A stretch of DNA of 64,000 bases from the NCBI GenBank assembly GCA_964016885.1, contig OZ024766.1:11408001-11472000 (forward strand), given 5' to 3'. Below, piece after piece: positions 25,435 through 38,135 of the stretch. Origin of the DNA: Eledone cirrhosa (taxonomy: Eukaryota). The notes below the pieces were generated by a model. That model had not been told where the DNA came from. It searched no databases and saw nothing but the letters and a program-made list of their open reading frames with translations. The position numbers were made by a program, and so were the translations under genes. Within the stretch, counting starts at the first letter, position 1. Every line of letters starts with the position of its first letter.

Positions 25435-25775
25435 TTTTCATCATCATTTCATTTTACGTCCACTTATCCCTGCTTGCAAGGGTGGGACGGGAACTGATTC
25501 TGGCTTGATTTCTACAGCTGGATGCCCTTCCTAACACCAACCTCATTTACAGTGAGTGCTGGGTGCTTTTTTGCCGTGGCACCTCCACGACCACTTTGCA
25601 GTGGAATGATAGGGACCCCAGTCCCTATCATCTCATTTCTACAGCTGAGTAAACTGGAGCAATGTGAAATAAAGTGTCTTGCTCAAGGAAACAACACATC
25701 ACCCGGTCTGAGAATTGAACTCACAACCTTTCGATTGCAAGGCCAATGCTCTAACCACTAAGCCATGTGCCTCCA
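25435..25775 (-). mobile_element. SINE family A inserted into an H3 hammerhead
   Basis: Hammerhead 25383-25432 breaks after GAAAT; the element resumes (aatatgtataataaaa) at ~25786. Confidence 0.85.
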
Positions 25776-25847
25776 TGTGCCCGCCAATATGTATAATAAA
25801 ATTTAATTGATCACAAGAACATCTATTTTATTAATATTTGTATTTTA

Positions 25848-25882
<35 letters not shown>

Positions 25883-26089
25883 GAGAAGGGGGGAGGCAAG
25901 GTGACCAAGTTGTTATGTTGACCGAGGGTCATCGAGTAGTAGTAGTGGTAGTGGTGGTGGTGGTGGTGTAGGAAAGGGGGAGATAATTATAGTGGACTAC
26001 TGGCCAATCTAGTGTGGAACGCTTATTATGGTCACTGCTAAACTGGTCTTTTTTCTGGCTTGACTCAGTCTAAAGTTATTTCAGTTTCT

Positions 26090-27755
26090 TGGTTGGTGTA
26101 ATGGTGGTGTAGTGGTGGTGGTGTGGTGGTGTTGGTAGTAGTGGTGGTGGTGTAGGTAGTGGTGGTGGTGGTGTTGTGTGGCTGTAATGGTGGTGGTGTG
26201 GTGTTGTGTGGTTGGTGGTGGTGTGGTGTGGTGTGGTGTAGTCGTGGTGGTGTAGGTGGTGTATGTGGTGGTGGTGGTGTATGTGGTGGTAGTGTGGTGT
26301 TGTGTGGTTGGTTGTGGTGTGGTGTAGTCGTGGTGGTGGTGATGTGGTGTGGTGTGGTGTAGTCGTGGTGGTGTAGGTGGTGTATGTGGTGGTGGTGGTG
26401 TATGTGGTGGTGGTGGTGTGGTGGTGGTGGTGGTAACTGTGAGGATGTTGTTGCTGGTGGTGGTGTAGTGTGGTAGTGGTGGTGTGGTGGGGGTCGTGGT
26501 GGTGTGGTGTAATGGTGGTGGTAGTGGTGTAGGTGGTGGTGGTGTAGGTGGTAGTGGTCGCGTAGATGATAGTGGTATGTGGTGGTGTAGGTGGTAGTGG
26601 TCGCGTAGATGATAGTGGTATGTGGTGGTGTAGGTGGTATGGTGTGGTGTTGAGTAGTGGTGGTGGTGTGGTGTTGTATAGTGGTGGTGTGGTGTTGTGT
26701 AGTGGTGGTGGTGGTGTAGTGGTGGTGGTGGTAGTGTAATAGTGGTGGTGGTGTAGTAGTGGTGGTGGTGGTGGTGGTAGTGTCGTAGTCGTGGTGTAGT
26801 AGTGGTGGTGGTGGTGTAGTAGTGGTGGTGGTGTAGTGGTGGTGGTGTAGTAGTGGTGGTGTGATAGAAGTTATTTCTTTCCGCCATTAACAGATCTAAT
26901 TAGACCAATATAGTAGTGGTAGTAGTAGTAGTTGTAGTAGTGGTAGTAGTGGTAGTAGTGGTTGTAGTTGTTGTAGTAGTTGTGGTAGTAGTAGTGGTTG
27001 TAGTTGTAGTAGTGGTAGTAGTGGTGGTAGTAGTAGTGGTAGTAGTAGTGGTGGTAGTGGTGGTAGTAGTAGTGGTAGTTGTGGTAGTAGTTGTAGTAGT
27101 GGTAGTAGTTGTAGTAGTAGTTGTTGTAGTTGTAGTGGTGGTAGTAGTAGTAGTTGTAGTAGTGGTTGTAGTAGTAGTTGTAGTAGTAGTTGTAGTAGTT
27201 GTAGTTGTTGTAGTGGTTGTAATAGTAGTTGTAGTTGTAGTGGTGGTAGTAGTAGTAGTTGTAGTAGTGGTAGTAGTTGTAGTGGTGGTAGTAGTAGTAG
27301 TTGTAGTAGTGGTTGTAGTAGTAGTTGTAGTTGTAGTAGTAGTTGTAGTAGTAGTTGTAGTAGTAGTTGTAATAGTAGTTGTAGTTGTTGTAGTAGTGGT
27401 AGTGTTAGTAGTGGTAGTAGTAGTAGTGGTAGTGTTAGTAGTTGCAGTAGTGGTAGTAGTGGTAGTAGTTGTGGTAGTGGTAGTAGTAGTAGTTGTAGTA
27501 GTGGTAGTAGTGGCGGTAGTAGTGGTAGTAGTGGTAGTAGTAGTGGTGGTAGTAGTGGTAGTAGTAGTGGTGGTAGTAGTAGTGGTAGTAGTGGTAGTTG
27601 TAGTAGTAGTAGTGGTAGTAGTAGTAGTGGTAATAGTAGTAGTGGTAATAGTAGTAGTGGTAGTAGTAGTAGTTGTAGTAGTAGTAGTAGTAGTTGTAGT
27701 AGTGGTAGTAGTTGTAGTAGTGGTAGTAGTAGTGGTGGTAGTAGTAGTAGTAGTA
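26090..27755. repeat. (GGT/AGT)n trinucleotide fields
   Basis: Direct reading. Confidence 0.95.
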
Positions 27756-28609
27756 TAATAACTGTCCTCAATACCAGGTCTAACCCATGCTGACAACTGT
27801 CACAGCCACCTCCTCCTCCCCCTTCTCACTCTCTCTTTCTATATAGATATATATCTCCATCTCTCTCTCTTCTATCTCTCTCTTTCTCACTCTCCCTCTC
27901 TCTCCCTCTCTCTCCCTCTCTCTCCCTCTCTCTCCCTCTCTCTCCCTCTCTCTCCCTCTCTCCCCCTCTCTCTCCCTCTCTCTCCCTCTCTCCCCCTCTC
28001 TCTCCCTCTCTCTCCCTCTCTCCCCCTCTCTCTCTCTCCATCTCTCTCTTCTCTCTCTCTCCATCTCTATCTTTCTTCTCTCTCTCCCCTCTCTCTCTAT
28101 TCCATCTCTCTCTCTCTCCCTCTCTCTCTCTCCCCCTCTCTCTCTCCATCTCTCTTCTCTTTCTTCTCTCTCTCTGTCTCTCCCATCTCTCTCTCTCTCC
28201 CTCCCCCTCTTTCTCCCTCCCCCACTATCCCCCCCCCGTCCCTCTCTCTATCCCTCTCTCCATCTCTCTCTGTTGTTGTAGTTGTTATAGTTATCTGTCC
28301 TCAGTACCAGGTCAAACCCATGCTGATTACTATCACCCCCCCCCCCCAAACCACTACCCCCCCCACCCTCTCTCTCTCCTTAACCTGTAAAATGAGGATA
28401 GGTTTCCATTGTCCCACTTTTGTTTACATTTAACATCTGCTAATTGTCCCAGTTTCTCTTGATATATATATACATATATTTATATATATATTTATATACA
28501 TATATTTATATATATATATATAGTATTAGTTATACCAATGTTTGAATATGTATTTGGTATGTCTCTCGGCTGAAAAGGAGGTCATATAACTGTCCATGCA
28601 TTAATAAAT

Positions 28610-28656
28610 TGCTCCGAAGAATCCAAACCTCGGTTTGGAGGAAACAGCTGTAAGCA
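28610..28656 (+). ncRNA. Minimal type I hammerhead ribozyme, CCGAAGA core
   Basis: UGCU-CCGAAGA-a-UCCAAAC(CUCG)GUUUGGA-g-GAAA-CAGCU-GUA-AGCA; stem III is the palindrome ACAGCUGU. Confidence 0.75.
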
Positions 28657-28861
28657 CAATAATGTTTTGAACAGTTCTTTGATTCATATATTACATATAT
28701 ATATATATATATATGTGGCTCTCTCTCTCTATATATATATATGCATATATGTATCTATACATTATATGTATATTTATGTATATATACATTATATATATAT
28801 ATATATGTTTATGTATATATACATTATATATATATATATGTATGTTTATGTATATATACAT

Positions 28862-28892
<31 letters not shown>

Positions 28893-29090
28893 TTATGTAT
28901 ATATACATTATATATATATATATGTTTATGTATATTTATACATTATATATATATATATATATGTATGTTTATGTATATATATACATTATATATATATATA
29001 TGTATGTTTATGTATATATATACATTATATATATATATATGTATGTTTATGTATATATATATACATTGTATATATATATGTATGTTTATG

Positions 29091-29122
<32 letters not shown>

Positions 29123-29361
29123 TTGTATATATATATGTATGTTTATGTACATATATACATATATATATACATAAACATACATATATATATATATATACAT
29201 TATATATATATATATGTATGTATATATATATACATTATATATATATGTATGTTTATGTATATATATATACATTATATATATATGTATGTTTATGTATATA
29301 TATGTATATATACATATATATATATATGTATGTATGTTTATGTATGTTTATGAATATATAC

Positions 29362-29411
<50 letters not shown>

Positions 29412-29497
29412 GTATATATACATAAATATACATATATATATATATATAATGTATATATACATAAGCATAAATATACATATATATATATGTATGTTTA

Positions 29498-29544
<47 letters not shown>

Positions 29545-31145
29545 CACCTGATACTACACCTTAACCATCTGTCTCTATAAGGATTACCTTCTACCATTAC
29601 CACCAACAATAACAACCCACATACTACCACCACCACTACTACCACCACTACTATCACCACAAACAAAACTACCACTAACAACAACCTGACGACTACTACC
29701 ACTGCCGCCACCAGCAAAACTACCACCACCTCTACTACCACCACTATAACTACCACCACCACTACTACCACCACTACTACTACCACTACTACTATCACAC
29801 TACCACCACCACTACTACTACCACCACACCACTACCACCACCGCCACCACCACTACCACCCACCACCACCACTACTACCAACTACTACCACTACCACCAC
29901 CACTACTACTACCACCACTACTACAACCACCACTACCACCACTAACCACTACCACCACTACTACTACCACTACCACTACCACCACTACTACTACTACCAC
30001 TACCACCACTACTACTACCACCACTACCACCACCACCACCACGACCACGACTACCACCACTACCACCACTACTACTACCCACTACCACCACTACAACTAC
30101 CACTATTACTACCACTACCACCACCACTACTACTACCACCACACTACTACCACTACCACTACCACTACCACCACCACCACGACCACTACAACCACCACTA
30201 CCACCACTACTACTACCACCACTACCACCACTACCACCACCACCACTACCACCAGAACCATCACCACCACCACTACTACGACCACCACCACTACTACTAC
30301 CACCACACCTACCACCACCACCACCACCACTACCACCACCACCACCACTACTACCACCACCACCACCACCACCACCACCACTACCACCACCACCACACCA
30401 CCACCACCACCACCACCACTACTACCACCACCACCACCACCACCACCACTACTACCACCACCACCACCACCACCACCACCACCACCACCACTACCACCAC
30501 TACTACACCACCACCACCACACCACCACCACCACCACTACCACCACCACTACCACCACCACCCACCACTACTACCACCACCACCACCACCACCACCACTA
30601 CTACCACCACCACCACCACCACCACCACCACCACTACCACCACTACCACCCACCACCACCACCACCACCACCACCACTACCACCACTACTACCACCACCA
30701 CCACTACCACCACCACCACTACTACCACCACCACCACCACCACCACCACTACTACCACCACCACCACCACCACCACCACCACCACCACCACTACCACCAC
30801 TACTACCACACCACCACCACCACCACCACCACCACCACTACCACCACCACTACCACCACCACCACCACTACTACCACCACCACCACCACCACCACCACTA
30901 CTACCACCACCACCACCACCACCACCACCACCACTACCACCACTACTACCACCACCACCACCACCACCACCACCACCACTACCACCACTACTACCACCAC
31001 CACCACTACCACCACCACCACTACTACCACCACCACCACCACCACCACCACTACTACCACCACCAGAACCATCACCTTGCCCCAAATATCTTTGTCTGTT
31101 ACATAAATCTGTCCATTGCTTCTTGTGTTACATTTGTTTACCATT

Positions 31146-31218
<73 letters not shown>

Positions 31219-31678
31219 CACACACACACATACACACTCTCACACACACACATACACACATACACACACACATATACACACACACACACACATAGTCACA
31301 CACATACATACACATACACACACACACACATATACACACAGTCACACACACACACACACATACACACACACACACATACACACACACACACACACAGTCA
31401 CACACATTCTATTATACACACACACACATACCATTCCATTACACACACGCATACACATTCCATTATACACGCATGCACACACCTACACCATTATACACAC
31501 ACACACCATTCCATTATACACACACATATACCATTCCATTACATACACACACATATACCATTCCATTACATACACACACATGTACACACACACACACACA
31601 CGAAAGGTGTGTGGGAGTACTCAAAGACTTGACAATACCCTCCCCCACCCCCTCATATTATTGTTAAATTAAGCTACG

Positions 31679-32100
31679 CCCAGTACACTCTGTAAAGTGT
31701 AATGTTGGTGTCATGATATAATACACGCAGTACACCCTGTAAAGTGGTAGTGCTGGTGTCCTGATAAAATACACCCAGTACACTCTGTAAAGTGGTAGTG
31801 CTGGTGTCGTGATATAATACACCCAGTACACTCTGTAAAGTGGTAGTGCTGGTACCATGATATAATACACCCAGTACACTCTGTAAAGTAGTAGTGCTGG
31901 TGTCATGATATAATACACCCAGTACACCCTGTAAAGTAGTAGTGCTGGTGTCATGATATAATACACCCAGTACACCCTGTAAAATGGTAGTGCTGGTGTC
32001 ATGATAAAATACACCCAGTACACCCTGTAAAGTGGTAGTGTTGGTGTCATGATATAATACACCCAGTACACTCTGTAAAGAGGTAGTGCTGGTGCCATGA
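31679..32100. repeat. 48-bp tandem array (~9 units); second copy at 38383-38805
   Basis: cccagtacactctgtaaagtggtagtgctggtgtcatgatataatacac. Confidence 0.9.
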
Positions 32101-32329
32101 TTAAATACTCACATAGTCAGTGTCTTTCATTTGAAATATGTTAATGAATGGTTTAAAGTGTTTATATTTATCTAAACACCTTCATTAAGTTATGTTCCAC
32201 ACATCCCTGGTTCTATGATACAAAACTTTGTTTTAAACTTATGTTCCAAATATCAACTAAAAGTGTTTATATTTATCAAAACACCTCCCGTTATTTAGTA
32301 AGAGCCTATTTTAAGTTATGTTCCGAATA

Positions 32330-33217
32330 TTTTTTCACGCCTAGAGTTGCTGAAGCATGGAACAAATTGCCTGCGTTAGTTGTTAGCTGTCGAGACACTG
32401 CATCTTTTAAAACCTCCATGGAACAAACTGCCTGCGTTAGTTGTTAGCTGTCGAGACACTGCATCCTTTAAAACCTCCATGGAACAAACTGCCTGCGTTA
32501 GTTGTTAGCTGTCGAGACACTGCATCCTTTAAAACCTCCATGGAACAAACTGCCTGCGTTAGTTGTTAGCTGTCGAGACACTGCATCCTTTAAAACCTCC
32601 ATGGAACAAACTACCTGCATCAGTTGTTAGATGCCGGGACACTGGATCCTTTAAAACCTCCATGGCACAAACTACCTGCATCAGTTGTTAGATGTCGAGA
32701 CACTGCATCCTTTAAAACCTCCATGGAACAAACTACCTGTATCAGTTGTTAGATGCCGGGACACTGCATCCTTTAAAACCTCCATGGAACAAACTACCTG
32801 CATCAGTCGTTAGCTATTGAGACACTGCATCCTTTAAAACCTCCATGGAACAAACTACCTGCATCAGTTGTTAGCTGTTGAGACACTGCATTCTTTAAAA
32901 CCTCCATGGAACAAACTACCTGCATCAGTTGTTAGCTGTCGAGACACTGCATTCTTTAAAACCTCCTTGGAACAAACTACCTGCATCAGTTGTTAGCTGT
33001 CGAGACACTGCATCCTTTAAAACCCTCATGCTTCCCGGAAATTCGCCAAAACTACACCTGATATCCCCCCTCCATACACATGTGTATATCATGACTCGTG
33101 CACTGTTCATTTTCCTGACGTTTGTACATTACCCTATGTACTATACATGCACCTTTGATGAGTTGTAGTGCACCTGAGCACTGTACACAATGTTTTCATT
33201 ATTATTATTATTATTAT
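32330..33217 (+). mobile_element. CR1-like 3' end with an 11 x 61-bp array
   Basis: CATG-to-CATG distance 32356-33027 is 671 bp; 3' UTR and (TTA)n follow. Confidence 0.9.
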
Positions 33218-33235
33218 GAGGTTATATGGTGGACC

Positions 33236-33470
33236 ATATAACCTCATAATTCTTTCTACTTTTGGTACAAGGCCAGCAAAATAACCCAGTACATTACTGG
33301 TACTTTATTTTATCAACCCCGTAAGGATGAAAGGCAAAGTTAACCTTCAAATCCCGCCGAGGTTAACTTTGCCTTTCATCCTTACGGGGTCGATAAAATA
33401 AAGTACCAGTAATGTACTGGTTTATTTTGCTGGCCTTGTGCCTAAAGTAGAAACAATTATGAGGTTATAG
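33236..33470. mobile_element. Inverted dimer (palindrome) of SINE family B, followed by a plus-strand Tx1-like fragment
   Basis: Arms around ttcaaatcccgccga at ~33346-33360; also at 40395-40630. Confidence 0.8.
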
Positions 33471-33767
33471 GGTGGACCAGATTGAAAGGACTGAAGACAG
33501 ACACTTTTCTCTTCGGCCAATCCCTCATCAACTTCTTCAAGTTTCACCTGGAAAGGAAGGTGAGAGTGGAGAGAGAAGTGTTGCCCCCCCCCCCCCCCAG
33601 TACATTTGCCTAAAAGGTGGATGAATGTGGAGAGAATGGCCCGTGTGAATGGGCCTACGCTGACCATGCGCCTAGAGGCTGGTTATTAACAAAGGAAGGT
33701 GAGGGTGGAGAGAGAAGTGCTGCCCCCCAGTACATTTGCTAAAAGCTGGGTGAATGTGGCGAGAATG

Positions 33768-33967
33768 NNNNNNNNNNNNNNNNNNNNNNNNNNNNNNNNN
33801 NNNNNNNNNNNNNNNNNNNNNNNNNNNNNNNNNNNNNNNNNNNNNNNNNNNNNNNNNNNNNNNNNNNNNNNNNNNNNNNNNNNNNNNNNNNNNNNNNNNN
33901 NNNNNNNNNNNNNNNNNNNNNNNNNNNNNNNNNNNNNNNNNNNNNNNNNNNNNNNNNNNNNNNNNNN
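33768..33967. other. Assembly gap (200 N)
   Basis: Run of N. Confidence 1.
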
Positions 33968-36575
33968 TGGTAGTGGTCGCGTAGATGATAGTGGTATGTG
34001 GTGGTGTAGGTGGTAGTGGTCGCGTAGATGATAGTGGTATGTGGTGGTGTAGGTGGTATGGTGTGGTGTTGAGTAGTGGTGGTGGTGTGGTGTTGTATAG
34101 TGGTGGTGTGGTGTTGTGTAGTGGTGGTGGTGGTGTAGTGGTGGTGGTGGTAGTGTAATAGTGGTGGTGGTGTAGTAGTGGTGGTGGTGGTGGTGGTAGT
34201 GTCGTAGTCGTGGTGTAGTAGTGGTGGTGGTGGTGTAGTAGTGGTGGTGGTGTAGTGGTGGTGGTGTAGTAGTGGTGGTGTGATAGAAGTTATTTCTTTC
34301 CGCCATTAACAGATCTAATTAGACCAATATAGTAGTGGTAGTAGTAGTAGTTGTAGTAGTGTAGTAGTGGTAGTAGTGGTTGTAGTTGTTGTAGTAGTTG
34401 TGGTAGTAGTAGTGGTTGTAGTTGTAGTAGTGGTAGTAGTGGTGGTAGTAGTAGTGGTAGTAGTAGTGGTGGTAGTGGTGGTAGTAGTAGTGGTAGTTGT
34501 GGTAGTAGTTGTAGTAGTGGTAGTAGTTGTAGTAGTAGTTGTTGTAGTTGTAGTGGTGGTAGTAGTAGTAGTTGTAGTAGTGGTTGTAGTAGTAGTTGTA
34601 GTAGTAGTTGTAGTAGTTGTAGTTGTTGTAGTGGTTGTAATAGTAGTGTAGTTGTAGTGGTGGTAGTAGTAGTAGTTGTAGTAGTGGTAGTAGTTGTAGT
34701 GGTGGTAGTAGTAGTAGTTGTAGTAGTGGTTGTAGTAGTAGTTGTAGTTGTAGTAGTAGTTGTAGTAGTAGTTGTAGTAGTAGTTGTAATAGTAGTTGTA
34801 GTTGTTGTAGTAGTGGTAGTGTAGTAGTGGTAGTAGTAGTAGTGGTAGTGTTAGTAGTTGCAGTAGTGGTAGTAGTGGTAGTAGTTGTGTAGTGGTAGTA
34901 GTAGTAGTTGTAGTAGTGGTAGTAGTGGCGGTAGTAGTGGTAGTAGTGGTAGTAGTAGTGGTGGTAGTAGTAGGTAGTAGTAGTGGTAGTAGTAGTAGTG
35001 GTAGTAGTGTAGTTGTAGTAGTAGTATGTAGTAGTAGTAGTGGTAATAGTAGTAGTGTAATAGTAGTAGTGGTAGTAGTAGTTGTAGTAGTCAGTAGTAG
35101 TTGTAGTAGTGTTAGTAGTTGTAGTAGTGGTAGTAGTTGTAGTAGTGGTAGTAGTAGTAGTGGTAGTTGTAGTGGTGGTAGTAGTGGTGGTAGTATAATA
35201 ACTGTCCTCAATACCAGGTCTAACCCATGCTGACAACTGTCACAGCCACCTCCTCCTCCCCCTTCTCACTCTCTCTTTCTAATATAGATATATCTCCATC
35301 TCTCTCTCTCTCTATCTCTCTTCTCACTCTCCTCTCTCCCTCCTCTCTCTCCCTCCCTCTCTCTCCCCTCTCTCTCCCCCCCTCTTCCCTCTCTCCCCCC
35401 TCTCTCTCCTCCCTCTCCATCCCTCTCCTCCTCTCTCTCCTCTCTCTCCCTCTCTCCCTCTCCATCCCCTCTCTCCATCTCTCTCCCTCTCTCTCCCTCT
35501 CTCTCTCCATCTCTCTCTCTCTCTTCTCTCTCTCTCATCTCTATCTTTCTTCTCTCTCTCCCCTCTCTCTCTATTCCATCTCTCTCTCTCTCTCCCTCTC
35601 TCTCTCCTCCCCCCTCCTCTCTCTCACCATCTCTCTTCTCTTTCTTCTCTCTCTCTGTCTCTCCCATCTCTCTCTCTCCCTCCCCCTCTTTCTCCCTCCC
35701 CCACTATCCCCCCTCCCCCTTCCCTCTCTCTATCCCTCTCTCCATCTCTCTCTGTTGTTGTAGTTGTTATAGTTATCTGTCCTCAGTACCAGGTCAAACC
35801 CATGCTGATTACTATCACCCCCCCCCCCCCAACCACTACCCCCCCCCCCCACCCTCTCTCTCTCCTTAACCTGTAAAATGAGGATAGGTTTCCATTGTCC
35901 CACTTTTGTTTACATTTAACATCTGCTAATTGTCCCAGTTTCTCTTGATATATATATACATATATTTTATATATATATTTATATACATATATTTTATATA
36001 TATATATATATATATGTGGCTCTCTCTCTCTCTATATATATATATGCATATATGTATCTATACATTATATATATATGTATATTTATGTATATGATACATT
36101 ATATATATATATAGGTATGTTTATGTATATATACATTATATATATATATATATGTATGTTTATGTATATATACATTATATATATATATATATATGTATGT
36201 TTATGTATATATACATTATATACTATATATATATATATGTATGTTTATGTATATATATACATTATATATATATATGTATGTTTATGTATATATATACATT
36301 ATATATATATATATGTATGTTTATGTATATATATATACATTGTATATATATATGTATGTTTATGTACATATATACATATATATATACATAAACATACATA
36401 TATATATAACATTATATATATATATATATGTATGTATATATATATACATTATATATATATATATGTTTATGTATATATATATACATTATATATATATGTA
36501 TGTTTATGTATATATATGTATATATACATATATATATATATGTATGTATGTTTATGTATGTTTATGAATATATAC

Positions 36576-36629
<54 letters not shown>

Positions 36630-36777
36630 ACATACCTATATATATATATAATGTATATATACATAAATATACATATATATATATATATAATGTATATATA
36701 CATAAATATACATATATATATATATATAATGTATATATACATAAATATACATATATATATATATATATGTATGTTTA

Positions 36778-36830
<53 letters not shown>

Positions 36831-36913
36831 CACACCTGATACTACACCTTAACCATCTGTCTCTATAAGGATTACCTTCTACCATTACCACCAACAATAA
36901 CAACCCCACTACT

Positions 36914-36966
<53 letters not shown>

Positions 36967-37880
36967 CACCACTACTATCACCACAAACAAAACTACCACT
37001 AACAACAACCTGACGACTACTACCACTGCCGCCACCAGCAAAACTACCACCACCTCTACTACCACCACTATAACTACCACCACCACTACTACCACCACTA
37101 CTACTACCACTACTACTATCACCACTACCACCACCACTACTACTACCACTACCACCACCACTACTACCACCGCCACCACCACTACTACCACCACCACCAC
37201 CACTACTACCACCACTACCACTACCACCACCACTACTACTACCACTACCACCACTACTACTACTACCACTACTACTACCACCACCACTACTACCACCGCC
37301 ACCACCACTACTACCACCACCACCACCACTACTACCACCACTACCACTACCACCACCACTACTACTACCACTACCACCACTACTACTACTACCACTACTA
37401 CTACCACTACCACCACCACTACTACTACCACCACTACTACTACCACTACCACTACCACCACCACCACGACCACTACAACCACCACTACCACCACTACTAC
37501 TACCACTACTACCACCACTACCACCACCACCACTACCACCACTACTACTACCACCACCACTACCACCACCACTACTACTACCACCACCACTACCACCACC
37601 ACCACCACCACCACCACCACTACCACCACCACCACCACTACTACCACCACCACCACCACCACCACCACTACTACTACCACCACCACTACTACTACCACCA
37701 CCACTACCACCACCACCACCACCACCACCACCACCACCACCACCACCACCACCACTACTACCACCACCACCACCACCACCAGAACCATCACCTTGCCCCA
37801 AATATCTTTGTCTGTTACATAAATCTGTCCATTGCTTCTTGTGTTACATTTGTTTACCATTCCACACCACACACACACAC

Positions 37881-37928
<48 letters not shown>

Positions 37929-38097
37929 CGACACACACACACACACTCCCACACACACACACACATACACACATACACACACACATATACACACACACAC
38001 ACACATAGTCACACACATACATACACATACACACACACACACACATATACACACAGTCACACACACACACACATACACACACACACATACACACACA

Positions 38098-38135
<38 letters not shown>

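Larger units (their letters stand above)
26549..33680 (+). repeat. Copy 1 of a ~7 kb duplicated block
   Basis: Same order of unique anchors as 33968-40836. Confidence 0.9.

Noticed and set aside
26896-27796. Poly-T/V/L ORFs
   Set aside because: Triplet repeat; frame is not kept in the duplicate copy
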